A program made the translations under genes and the position numbers. Below the pieces are notes generated by a model. The model ran no database searches. It was not told the DNA's origin and saw only the letters and a list, made by a program, of their open reading frames with translations. DNA of 64,000 nt from Chloroflexota bacterium (lineage in GTDB: Bacteria; Chloroflexota; Dehalococcoidia; Lucifugimonadales; JADFKI01). The stretch's first letter is position 1. Each line of letters opens with the position of its first letter. Shown piece by piece: positions 18,116 through 28,200 of the stretch. The stretch covers positions 64,001-128,000 of the forward strand of contig JAQBUT010000002.1 in assembly GCA_027623195.1 (NCBI GenBank), given 5' to 3'.

Positions 18116-18826
18116 ATGATAGAAATTCGGCGCAAGGAAGACATCTTCAATATCCAGCAGGACTGGTTCGAGGGCTTCTGGCACTTCTCCTTTGGCGTGC
18201 CACCTCAGGGTTACCACGATTCTGATAACACCAATTTCGGCGCACTGAGGGTGTTCAACGTGGATACGCTGGTGCCTGGCGGCGTTTGGCCCATGCACCC
18301 GCACCAGAACATCGAGGTTATTACGTACTGTCTCGATGGCGAGTTCCAGCATGCCGACAACACGGGCAAGGGTGGTGTCCTGCTGAAGGGCGACGTTCAG
18401 CACACGACGGTTGGCAGAGGCATGCTCCACGAGGAGATTAACCACCGCAAAGACGTCCCCATGACTTTCTTGCAGATCTGGATTATGCCTCGGGAGGCCG
18501 ACCTGGAGCCGTCTATGGAGCAGCGCACCGTAGACCCCAAGGAAAGGCTGAACAAGTTTCTGACCTTGGTCTCTGATAAGAACCCAGATGCCCTGCCCAT
18601 AGCGCAAGACGCAGAGTTTGTGGTCTCTAGTCTGGAGAAGAACCGCAGCGCCTCCTATGCGCTTCCGGATGGCTACGGCGCGTACCTTTTGGTAGCATCT
18701 GGGCAAATCCAGGTAAACGGAAACGCCGCCTCCGAGGGCGACGCGGTCATGATTTCAGACACGCCGGCGGTGGACGTGAAGGCGGATAAGGCGAGCGAGT
18801 TGGCGATGGTTGTAGTTCGGGTGTAG
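18116..18826 (+). CDS. Pirin family protein
   Basis: FGALRVFN, HPHQNIE, GMLHEE, LQIW. Confidence 0.92.
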   Translation: MIEIRRKEDIFNIQQDWFEGFWHFSFGVPPQGYHDSDNTNFGALRVFNVDTLVPGGVWPMHPHQNIEVITYCLDGEFQHADNTGKGGVLLKGDVQHTTVGRGMLHEEINHRKDVPMTFLQIWIMPREADLEPSMEQRTVDPKERLNKFLTLVSDKNPDALPIAQDAEFVVSSLEKNRSASYALPDGYGAYLLVASGQIQVNGNAASEGDAVMISDTPAVDVKADKASELAMVVVRV

Positions 18827-18862
18827 CCTGCGACATCCAAAGTCAGATACGGAGCGAGGAAT

Positions 18863-19402
18863 ATGGCGATCAAAACGAGAGGCGTTAATCATCCGGCAAT
18901 CATCGGCCAGGACCGTGACGAGACTGTTAAGTTCTACACCGAGGTGCTGGGCATGCGCCTGGTGCTGGACCAGCCCAATCTGGACGAGCCGCGCATGACT
19001 CACCTCTTTTTCGACGCGGGAAACGGCGGCTTCATCGCGTATTTCGTAATCAACGAGGGCACCGACCTGGAACTGCCAAAGGCCCAGGACGGCATTGGCC
19101 ATATGGGGCACGTGGCGCTGAACCTCATAGGGCCAATCGAGGATGCCATGGAGAACCTGAATAACCACGGCGTGAAGTTCATGGGGCCTATCGACCGAGG
19201 CTACGAAAGATCTGTGTATTTTAAAGACCCAAACGGCGTGCTTGTGGAGCTTCTTACCTGGATAACGCCGCTTCCCGAGGATGCTGACGAGGCTGAAGTC
19301 GTTGCCAGGGCCACGGTGCTACGGCAGCAGGAGGGAGCGCACCACATCGAGGACGAACACGTGCGCCGCGCAATGCAGGAAATGGGGTACGCTCTTGACT
19401 AA
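18863..19402 (+). CDS. VOC/glyoxalase family protein
   Basis: GVNHPA, FYTEVLG, HVAL, SVYFKDPNGVLVE. Confidence 0.9.
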   Translation: MAIKTRGVNHPAIIGQDRDETVKFYTEVLGMRLVLDQPNLDEPRMTHLFFDAGNGGFIAYFVINEGTDLELPKAQDGIGHMGHVALNLIGPIEDAMENLNNHGVKFMGPIDRGYERSVYFKDPNGVLVELLTWITPLPEDADEAEVVARATVLRQQEGAHHIEDEHVRRAMQEMGYALD

Positions 19403-20255
19403 CGAGAACATTGAGTCCCGGCTCGTAACCTGTGACTGGCTTACCGAACACCTGGACGATCCCAACGTCCGCGTTATTGAAGTGTCGTCGTCGGCATCGG
19501 ACGCAAAGTATCGGCAGGGGCACATTCCTGGCTCGGCCTGGTGGAACTGGAAGGACGCATGTTGGCACGCCACAGACCGGGAGTTCGCCACACCGGCGGA
19601 GATGGCACAGCGCTTGGGGGTCATCGGCGTCGGCCCGGATACGACCGTCGTGCTGGTGGGAGAGCCTGTCCAGTATGGCACGTACGCCTTCTGGGCGCTG
19701 ACGATGGCCGGTCACAAAGACGTTCGTCTGCTGGACGGCGCGCGCACCTTGTGGACTGCAGAGGGTCGACCCCTGGATGCAGAAATGCCGAGCTTTTCAT
19801 CGGTCGATTACCCGCCGCCTGCGCCGGACCCGTCCAGCCGTGTGGGCCGCGACGACGTTCGGGCCAAGCTAGGCCAGCCTGGCCGTCTGCTACTGGACGT
19901 GCGCTCACCAGAGGAGTTCAGCGGCGAGAGGGTTAGCCCGGCTTCAATGATGGGAGCCGTGGACCACGGTGCGGAGCGGACCGGGCGTATACCCGGAGCC
20001 GTGCACCTCTTCTACAAGGACCTGCTGAACGACGACGATACGTTTTTGCCGGTCGAACGCTTACGCGAAATATTCGCGACCGCCGGAATCGCAGAAAACT
20101 CGCCGGACGAGGTAGTGGCCTACTGCCGCCTCAGCCATAGGGCTACGCTGGCCTGGGTCGCCATGGAGCACATCCTGGGCATGGCCAACGTTCGCATCTA
20201 CGACGGCTCCTGGACCGAGTGGGGCAGCATCGTCGGCTTCCCTATAGAAAAATAG
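19395..20255 (+). CDS. Two-domain sulfurtransferase (rhodanese, SseA/CysA-like)
   Basis: GHIPGS, LLDVRSPEEF, GRIPGA, active site YCRLSHR, YDGSWTEW; probable TTG start overlapping the VOC stop. Confidence 0.9.
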   Translation: MTNENIESRLVTCDWLTEHLDDPNVRVIEVSSSASDAKYRQGHIPGSAWWNWKDACWHATDREFATPAEMAQRLGVIGVGPDTTVVLVGEPVQYGTYAFWALTMAGHKDVRLLDGARTLWTAEGRPLDAEMPSFSSVDYPPPAPDPSSRVGRDDVRAKLGQPGRLLLDVRSPEEFSGERVSPASMMGAVDHGAERTGRIPGAVHLFYKDLLNDDDTFLPVERLREIFATAGIAENSPDEVVAYCRLSHRATLAWVAMEHILGMANVRIYDGSWTEWGSIVGFPIEK

Positions 20256-20390
20256 CTGGGGAGACCTTTCAAGAAGCTGGCCGCCTTTGCTAACTGCGCC
20301 GGGACCCGTCTTAGACGGCTCGCGTTGACCTCAAAATACCCGACGTGGTAGGCTTGGCGAGTCAAATCCCTTTCAGGAGGCTTCCCCCTT

Positions 20391-21394
20391 ATGACTGAGC
20401 AGACCTCTACACCACGCCCCGAGACCATAACTGGGTTACAAGAGGCGGCTAATTCAGCTCTCGCCATGCTGGCAGGTATGCAGCTTGATGTCTTCACGCC
20501 TGTGAAAGAGGGCCCCATGAGCCTGGAGCAGGTGGCGGCGGCCATCGACGTTAGGTCCATCAAGCTGAGGCCCTCATGTACGCCCTGGTAGTTGCGGGCC
20601 TGCTGAATGTGGACGAAGACAAGTTCTCCAACACAACTGAGTCTGGGCACTTTCTTGTTAAAGGCAACCCTGCCTATATGGGCGGTATACATGCAAGGAT
20701 GGCTCTTACATGGGAGTCAACCCTGGACACGGCGGAGTCCATACGCACAGGTATCCCGCAGGCAAGGCTGGACTTCTCCGGTGGCTCCGAGGAAAAACTG
20801 GAGAGGTTCCTGCGCGCAATCCAGCCTCAGACTATAACCTCTGGTCAAGAGTTAGCTGACAAGTGGGACTTCTCGTCTTGCCGCAAGCTGGCCGATGTCG
20901 GAGGCGGTTCCGGCGGTCTTGCTATCGCCCTTACGGAGAAGTGCCCTCACGTCAAGGCGACAGTGGTTGACCTTCCCACAGTGACGCCGATAACTCAGCG
21001 CATAGTGGATGAGGCTGGGGCCAGCGACAGGGTCGGGGTCACGGCGGCTGATGTGCTCGGCGGCCGGTTGGCAGGTTCGTACGACGTGGCGGTGCTGCGT
21101 GCTCTGATACAGGTGCTTTCGCCTGAGGATGCAGTCAAGGCCCTGAAGAACGTACGGGAGGCGATAAGACCCGGTGGGACAATACACATCATCGGCAGGA
21201 TGCTGGACAACTCACGCCTGACTCCCGCATCGTCGGTGTCCTTCAGCCTGCTTACCATTAACCTGTACGACGATGGGCAGTCCTACACTGAGCAGGAGTA
21301 CGCCGACTGGCTTGCGGAGGCGGGCTTCGAAGGATTCGAGAGGGCGCGCCTAACCGAGATAGACGACATAGTTACCGCCCGAAATCCGGGCTAA
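20391..21394 (+). pseudogene. SAM-dependent O-methyltransferase (dimerisation + Methyltransf_2) split by a frameshift near 20571
   Basis: RBS AGGAGG + ATG 20391; one extra C in AGGCCCTCATG gives continuous ...KLRPLMYALVVAGLL; DVGGGSG motif in the second ORF. Confidence 0.75.
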
Positions 21395-22278
21395 GGATAC
21401 CTCTCCTTCCACCAGCGGGCGATCTCGATGCGTTTGGCAAACCAGACGTCGGGGAACTGTTTCGTATATTCAAAAAACTGTCGTAGTGCCACGGCGCGGG
21501 AGGGCCTACCCACTATGCGGCAGTGCAGGCCGATGTTCATCATCTTCGGATGGGTTGCGCCCTCGGCGTACAGCAGGTCGAAGGTGTTCTTCAGCGTCAA
21601 GTAAAAATCGTCGGGGCTGACCATGTTACCGCGCCAGAAACGGGTATCGTTGGTCTCCAGCGAGTACGGCACTACCAACCACTTCCGGCCCTCGGCCTCG
21701 GTGTAGTATGGCAGATCGTCGTTGTACGCCATGCTGTCATACTCGAATCCGCCCTCTTCGATGACCAGCCGCCGGGTGTTCTCGCCGTGAGCGTAGCGGG
21801 TGTACCAGCCCAGGGGCCTCTCCCCAGTGGTTCGCTGCAAAGACTCTACTGTTTTGCGTATAGCCTCCCGCTCCTCCTCCTCGCCCATCTTGAAGTGCTC
21901 TTCCCAGCGGTAGCCGTGCCCGAAAATCTCGTGGCCTCGTCGAACCAGTTCCGGGCCTACGTGGGGATTGCGCTCCAGGGCCAGCGCGCAACAGAAGAAG
22001 GTCGACTTTACGTCGAACTCATCCAGGATATTCAGCACGCGCCAGACCCCTACCCTGCTGCCGTACTCGAAGAAGGACTCGTTGGCCAGGTCTCGCTGGT
22101 CCAACGGCACCGGCGAAGGCACCTCGTTGTTGACCTCGTGAGTCGGGTCGCCGTCTAGCAGCGAATACTCCGAGCCCTCCTCGTAATTCACCACCACTGA
22201 GATGGCAATGCGCGCCCCGTTAGGCCACTCCACAACAGGCGGATTGGGCCCGTAGCCAATTAGGTCTCTTTGATTCAT
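21391..22278 (-). CDS. Polysaccharide deacetylase family protein (PuuE allantoinase-like)
   Basis: RDLIGYG..PP..WP, VNYEEG, YGSRVGVWR, HGYRW, GLHCRIVGRP. Confidence 0.9.
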   Translation of the reverse strand: MNQRDLIGYGPNPPVVEWPNGARIAISVVVNYEEGSEYSLLDGDPTHEVNNEVPSPVPLDQRDLANESFFEYGSRVGVWRVLNILDEFDVKSTFFCCALALERNPHVGPELVRRGHEIFGHGYRWEEHFKMGEEEEREAIRKTVESLQRTTGERPLGWYTRYAHGENTRRLVIEEGGFEYDSMAYNDDLPYYTEAEGRKWLVVPYSLETNDTRFWRGNMVSPDDFYLTLKNTFDLLYAEGATHPKMMNIGLHCRIVGRPSRAVALRQFFEYTKQFPDVWFAKRIEIARWWKERYP

Positions 22279-22359
22279 GAGTGGTGTTACCCCCTTGGAC
22301 GATTATTATGGTAAAGTGATCAGACACTAGTTTACTCCAATAATTAGGGGAGAGGTGAA

Positions 22360-22686
22360 TTGGGAATCTACGTAACGAAACATCAACATGACGCAGCGTC
22401 TTGCCCCGCAGGACATCCTGAGATGGGGCCTATGCTGCTCCAGCATCTATCCGATGAGAATGCAGCCCAGATGGGCATAACCGTTAAGGGAGACGCCGTT
22501 GTAGGCGGGCACTCCTTCTTCATGATATTGGATGCCCCCAATTTGGAGGTCGTTCAACAGTTCATGGGGCCTTTCATGCAGGCCGGCAGCGTGGAGATCA
22601 TGGAAGCCAGCTCATGCAGCCAGGTGGTAGCCCGCGGGAACTGTGGCCCCACGGCCAACATCTGGACAAGCGGTGTCCCTGTTTAG
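22360..22686 (+). CDS. Small hypothetical protein (HxHxxxxCP N-terminal motif)
   Basis: RBS GAGG + TTG; coherent 108-aa ORF followed by a terminator. Confidence 0.7.
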   Translation: MGIYVTKHQHDAASCPAGHPEMGPMLLQHLSDENAAQMGITVKGDAVVGGHSFFMILDAPNLEVVQQFMGPFMQAGSVEIMEASSCSQVVARGNCGPTANIWTSGVPV

Positions 22687-22707
22687 GAATCCGACTGTAA
22701 ATTAGCC

Positions 22708-22749
22708 AAGGCCCGCCTGACGACTAACCCTCGCCAGCCGGGCCTTTTT
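22708..22749 (+). terminator. Probable intrinsic terminator
   Basis: AAGGCCCG...CGGGCCTT followed by a T-run. Confidence 0.6.
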
Positions 22750-22766
22750 CTTTGGGACAGAATCCT

Positions 22767-23045
22767 ATGAACCAGGCAAGTCAGGAAATCCTAGTCGAAA
22801 ACGACAAGGTGCGAGTCGGCAGGTGGACCTTTCCACCTGGTTCTGAGACTGGCCAGCACCGACACGCCATGGCCTACGTCGTTGTGCCAATGACCACAGG
22901 CACCCTGGTGGTGCGCGACGCTCAAGGCCAGAGAGACAACAATCTGGTAGCGGGCTCGCCCTACTACGGTGACGCCGGCGTGGAGCATAATGTGTTCAAC
23001 GAAAGTTCGGCTCAGATCGTATTCTTAGAAGTGGAGTTAAAGTAG
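22767..23045 (+). CDS. Cupin domain protein
   Basis: ENDKVRV..W.FPPGSETGQHRH, GVEHNVFN, FLEVELK. Confidence 0.85.
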   Translation: MNQASQEILVENDKVRVGRWTFPPGSETGQHRHAMAYVVVPMTTGTLVVRDAQGQRDNNLVAGSPYYGDAGVEHNVFNESSAQIVFLEVELK

Positions 23046-23053
23046 GCCTGCCA

Positions 23054-23872
23054 ATGGAGTATCGCAAAATAGGGCATATCGACGTGTCAGCGATCGGCAT
23101 GGGGACGTACCGAAGCTTCGATGTTCGTTCGGAGCGTGACATTGAGGTGCGGCGCGACATAATCGCCAATTGCCTGGAGACGGGACTCAGCCTGATAGAC
23201 TCGTCGCCCATGTATGGCAACGCCGAGCGTGTGATCGGGCTAACTACCCAAGGTGAAGGCACGAGAGGCAAATTGCGGTTCGCCACGAAGGTCTGGACCA
23301 GAGGGCGCGCCGAGGGCCAACGCCAGATACGTGAGTCCTTTGAATTGATGGGCACCGACCACATCGATCTCTTCCAGGTGCACAACCTGCTGGACTGGCG
23401 TACCCACCTGGATACCCTGGAGGACCTCAAGGAGCAGGACGCTATCGGGGCAATAGGCATAACGCATTACACGGCCAGCGCCTATCCGGAGATGCTGCAG
23501 GTTATGAAGACCGGTCGTATCGACGCGATTCAGGTGCCTTATAACGTGCTGGAGAGGGCATGTGATGCGGAGGTGCTGCCGTTGGCCGAGGAACTAGGTA
23601 TCGCGGTGCTGGTAATGGAGCCGCTGGAAAAGGGGCGCTACGTCACAGGTCTTAGACGACCGCCGAATATGACGCCACTTGCGGATTTTGGTGTGGAGAC
23701 GTGGGCGCAGGCTCTTCTAGCCTGGGTCATTAGCGACCATCGGGTTACCAGCGCCATACCTGCCACATCTCGTCCAGAGCGCATCCTGGAAAATGCGAAA
23801 GCCGGCGATATGGGGAATCTTCCTGAGGAGTTGAGGGACTACGTTCGTCGGGAAACGGAGCGGTGCCTGTAG
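23054..23872 (+). CDS. Aldo/keto reductase
   Basis: IGMGT, IDSSPMYG, ATKVW, IDLFQVHN, IPATS. Confidence 0.92.
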   Translation: MEYRKIGHIDVSAIGMGTYRSFDVRSERDIEVRRDIIANCLETGLSLIDSSPMYGNAERVIGLTTQGEGTRGKLRFATKVWTRGRAEGQRQIRESFELMGTDHIDLFQVHNLLDWRTHLDTLEDLKEQDAIGAIGITHYTASAYPEMLQVMKTGRIDAIQVPYNVLERACDAEVLPLAEELGIAVLVMEPLEKGRYVTGLRRPPNMTPLADFGVETWAQALLAWVISDHRVTSAIPATSRPERILENAKAGDMGNLPEELRDYVRRETERCL

Positions 23873-23912
23873 TGGCCCGTATTCCGATCCACTGGACTAA
23901 TTTGTAGAAGCC

Positions 23913-24884
23913 CTAGTCTTCGTCCTCGTAGTCGTCATCATCGTCGAAGTCATCCTCTTCGGCATCGCCTTCGCCTGGAGTTTCCAGTCGCTGGCCGACT
24001 TCACGGAGAAACTGCTCAACGTCAGGAGCAAACGAGGTGTCCTCTTCCACCGGCGCGTCGTCACCCGAAGGCTCCCGAACGGCCAGAGTCCTATCGTAAT
24101 AAGCCTCTAGTTGCTGGATTAGCGACTGGACCTCTGGATTGTTCTGCACGGCCCGGTTGATGTCCTGATACTGCTGCTCGCCCCTGGACTGGTCGGCCAG
24201 TCTCTTAGGCAGGTCGTACATTGCGCAGAGAACGCTCATGAGACGAGAGGCCCCCATGTGGTCCTCATCCAGTTGGACGTACTGAGGCAGGTGCGCCATC
24301 AGATTCACCGAAGGCACCTCGGACTCCGCCAAGGACTCGTGCACCAGGTTAACGATGCTGGTCGGCCCCTGGTAGGTGCTGCGCCTGATGGAAACCAGTC
24401 CTTTAGCCTTCTCCTCGTAGTCGGACGTAAGGCTTCCTGTTACGAGCACAGGTCTGGTGTGCGGCACCGAGTCGTACATGCCGCCGATGCGACAATACTC
24501 AGCGACGTCGAAATGCTTCAGTAATTCCACTATGGCGTCCGTGTAATCCTCGCCCATAGCGTGCGGTTCGCGGATGTGGAGGAAAAGGTAGTCCTGGTCC
24601 TGATCGTTATCGTGCGCGTAATGAACGATTGTATTGGGTCTGGTAAACACCCGTTGGCCATCTACAGTTCGCATCCTGGGCCGGTAGCGCGTAAAGTCGA
24701 AGTACAGGCCGGGCTTGGCCAAGCGGCCCAATTCCTGGGCGCCCAAGTGTCGTTCCAATCTATTCAGGACTAAAGTCCCAACCCTGCCGACATCTACCCA
24801 CGGCCGCAGCATGGCGATTACGCGAGTGTTCTTCAATTGCGGGACTGGCTCTGGTATCTCGAATTCACCAATTCTCATGGGCAT
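23913..24884 (-). CDS. PAC2 (proteasome assembly chaperone-like) family protein
   Basis: WVDVG, YFDFTRYRP, VPHTRP, YQGPTSI, AHLPQY, acidic tail. Confidence 0.85.
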   Translation of the reverse strand: MPMRIGEFEIPEPVPQLKNTRVIAMLRPWVDVGRVGTLVLNRLERHLGAQELGRLAKPGLYFDFTRYRPRMRTVDGQRVFTRPNTIVHYAHDNDQDQDYLFLHIREPHAMGEDYTDAIVELLKHFDVAEYCRIGGMYDSVPHTRPVLVTGSLTSDYEEKAKGLVSIRRSTYQGPTSIVNLVHESLAESEVPSVNLMAHLPQYVQLDEDHMGASRLMSVLCAMYDLPKRLADQSRGEQQYQDINRAVQNNPEVQSLIQQLEAYYDRTLAVREPSGDDAPVEEDTSFAPDVEQFLREVGQRLETPGEGDAEEDDFDDDDDYEDED

Positions 24885-25209
24885 ATCCTGTCAAACATGG
24901 CGGAAATGTTCAAGTCTTTTGCGTAGTTGGTCGTAGTTTCTTACTAATTGGCTCTTAGAGGGTAAATCAACCTGGGAAGACCTGCAAGAAACCTTCGAAC
25001 AATTAGACGGGAAGTAGGTATCTTGCCAATTTATGCGAAGCAAGCCAAATATATACGCATAATGTAGTTTACCACCACAGCGATGGGTGTATTCCATAAA
25101 GCATAAAGGTTGAGATGGCGGCATCAATAAATCTCTAGTGAAGAATTGTTGCCCTCATCGCTTTGGACTTTCTCTATTCAGATTTACCAGAGATTTGCCG
25201 TTTTAAGGT

Positions 25210-28200
25210 ATGTATAGGCAGCATCTAAGTATACTCATTGTTGACGATTCCGATCGTGATGTCATTCTCCTGGAGCGCATGCTCAGACAGGAAGGGTACG
25301 ACATTACCTTGGAAAGAACCGACACTGCTGAGAGCCTGAGAAGGTCGCTACGCACTCAGGACTGGGACATCGTGGTGTCGGCGTGCAGGCTCCCCACTTT
25401 CAGCGCGTACAAGGCTTTGGAAACAATTAACGAACTCGGCCTTGATATTCCCCTTATAGTTGTCTCTGAGACAGTTGATGAGATGGACGTTGTTGCCCTC
25501 GTTAAAGCCGGGGCTGTGGATTTCATCAGGAAAGATAACCTTTCTCTTGTGGCATCTACCGTCAAGCGGGAAATACGCAATGCCGCTAGAAGACGCGAAG
25601 AGCTCCTCGCAGAACTGGACCACCAGGAAATTCTCGCTGACGAGTTTGAACAGACCCGTGCAGAAGCCCAAAAGCTCGCAAACGAGAATGCAGCTATCGC
25701 CGACATCGGGAGAATCGTCAGCTCTACTCTGGACTTTGATGAGATATGTGAAGCTGTTGCAGAGCCGATTAAGTCAATCGTGCCCTACGACAGGTTTTCA
25801 CTTTCGGTCCGGAGAGATGATGGCGAGACCATCGAAGTTCGATTTTTGGCTGGAATTGAGATGCCTAGTCACTACGTGGGAATGGTCTTCGACTTTAACC
25901 GATCTATTTCCCGTGATTCTCGTAGGGCTAGCGAGGGTCGCGTTTTCGAGCTATTGGAATCAGATACCGCCCCATCTCAATTGGAAAAAAACCAGATTTT
26001 TGCGGAGCACCAAAAGCCGTTCTATGCTTTGGGGCTTAAATATGGGTTAACAGCTCCTCTGATCTCCAATAATCAGGTAATCGGGTATATGGCTTTCAGG
26101 TCTCTTGAGGAGGGAACTTACTCCGATTACCAATTGGGCTTAGCGGAACGAATCGCTCCACTGCTGGCGGGGGCTCTCGCCTCAGAAAAGCTGTACCAAC
26201 AGGCACTGCGGGAGTCCCGTGAAAACGAAGCCCTGGCCTCTATTGGCAGGGCTATGGGTTCTACTTTAGATGTTAAGACCGTATACGGTTGCGCATACGA
26301 TGCGCTCAAAGATCTGGTCCCTGTGGACAGGGTGAGCGCAGCACTCATTATGCCCGATGGGCAGCACATGATTTCCAACTATTTTGCCGGCATAGAGATG
26401 CCTGGGAGACGCGTTGGAGAGATCTTCCCAATCAGAGACGTACTTCGGTTCGTGATAGATTCACGGACAGGGCACCTGATGCAGGGGGCCGAGTACGAAG
26501 ACATAAAGTCCGACCGGTCTCAATTTATAAATAGTGGGCTGCAGTCTCAGATGGTTGTCCCCATGGTTTCGGAAGACGAAGTCATAGGGCTGATTTTTGT
26601 TCGGTCCACGAAGCCCTTGGCGTATACCCCCAGGGACCTTGCGCTGGCAGAGCGAATTGGGCTGCAAATTGCGGGGGCGGTAGCCAAAGCCAGGCTTCAC
26701 GAGCAGATGCAACATCTGGGCAACGAGCGCCAGGTGCTATCCGAAATTGGCAAGGTAATCAGCTCATCCTCCAAGTTGGACGACGTTTACGAGGAATTAG
26801 CAAAACTTGTGAAGAGGATAGTCCCTTACGACCGTTTCTCAATTTGGACCATTACAGAGGACAACAGGCGAAGAGGCGCATTTCGGACTGGAATGACATT
26901 GGACGAAATAGATAACCCCGAATTCATTGTTGATCTGGGAGAGAACGTCGAAAAGGCATTGCGGGCTCAGGCTCCAGTGCTAAGTGTTCCGGATGCAAAA
27001 CGAAATCTAATTGAGCATTCTCGAATCCGTGATTCCGCCCTGGCTCAGGGCATAAGGGGTGTTATCACCGCCCCTCTCATATCAGATGGTCATGTCGTGG
27101 GAGTACTGATAGTTGGCACCATTGTAGAGGACTCCTATTCTCAAAATGAGATGGACCTGCTAGAGAGGGTCGCCAATCAGATAGCAGGCGCCATGTCCAT
27201 TGCTTTGTTAGCAGAAAACCTGAAACTAGCCGAAACTGCTGCCTTGCAGTTGGCTCGCGAAAATGATGCCGTTGCAGAGATCGGACGGACCATCACCTCC
27301 TCAATAGACATTAGTGATGTATACGAAAAGTTCGGTGAATTGGTCCGGGAATTTATCCCGTTCGACCATACTGTCATTGCACTGATCGAATCTGTTAATA
27401 ACCGAATGAGTATGGCCTATGTCTACGGGGAAGAGGTATCAGGCAGAAGGGTCGGAGAGTTTTCAAACCTATCCGACGATTTCTTGAAGGACATGAATAT
27501 CGAGCACGGTGGCTTCATTCTTCACCTGGAAGACGATGAAGAGCTAGTTGCTAGCCAGTACTCCCGCTACCTGCCTGGGTATCGTGTAGGCGCCAGGTCG
27601 TTTCTTACAGTGCCGCTTGTTTCAGAGGGAGAGACCATCGGCTTAATTCGCTTTTGGTCAAAGGAACGCAACGCATATACCGAAAAGCAGCTGTTGTTCT
27701 GCGGTCGAATCGCACGCCAAATTTCCGGCGCCGTGAAAAACGCCCAGATGCACAAGGTGATCCAGCGCGAGGCAGAAGAACGGAAGATTCTCGCCGAGAT
27801 AGGCAGGGTCACCAGCTTCTCTCTGGACCTGGATGAAGTGTATTCAACCTTTGCCGAGCAGGTGAGAAGGCTCATCGCCTACGACCGTGTGGCTATTGGC
27901 CTGATTGATGAAGAACAGGACAACCTGACCATCGCATTCGTTGTAGGCTCAGCTGTAAAGGGCAGAGAACCGGGGGATTTCATTTCGCTGAATGGGACTC
28001 ATAGCCGAGATGTTATACGGAGGCGGGATGGCGTACTGACGCAGGAAACCGACGAGTCCGAAATAAAGTCGCTCTTCCCAGGTCTGATGCCGCTTTTTGA
28101 GGCAGGACTGCGCTCCTTCATAACGATGCCGCTCGTCTCCAATGACAAGGTTATTGGCACCTTTCACTTACATAGCGTGCAGGAGAACATGTACTCCGCC

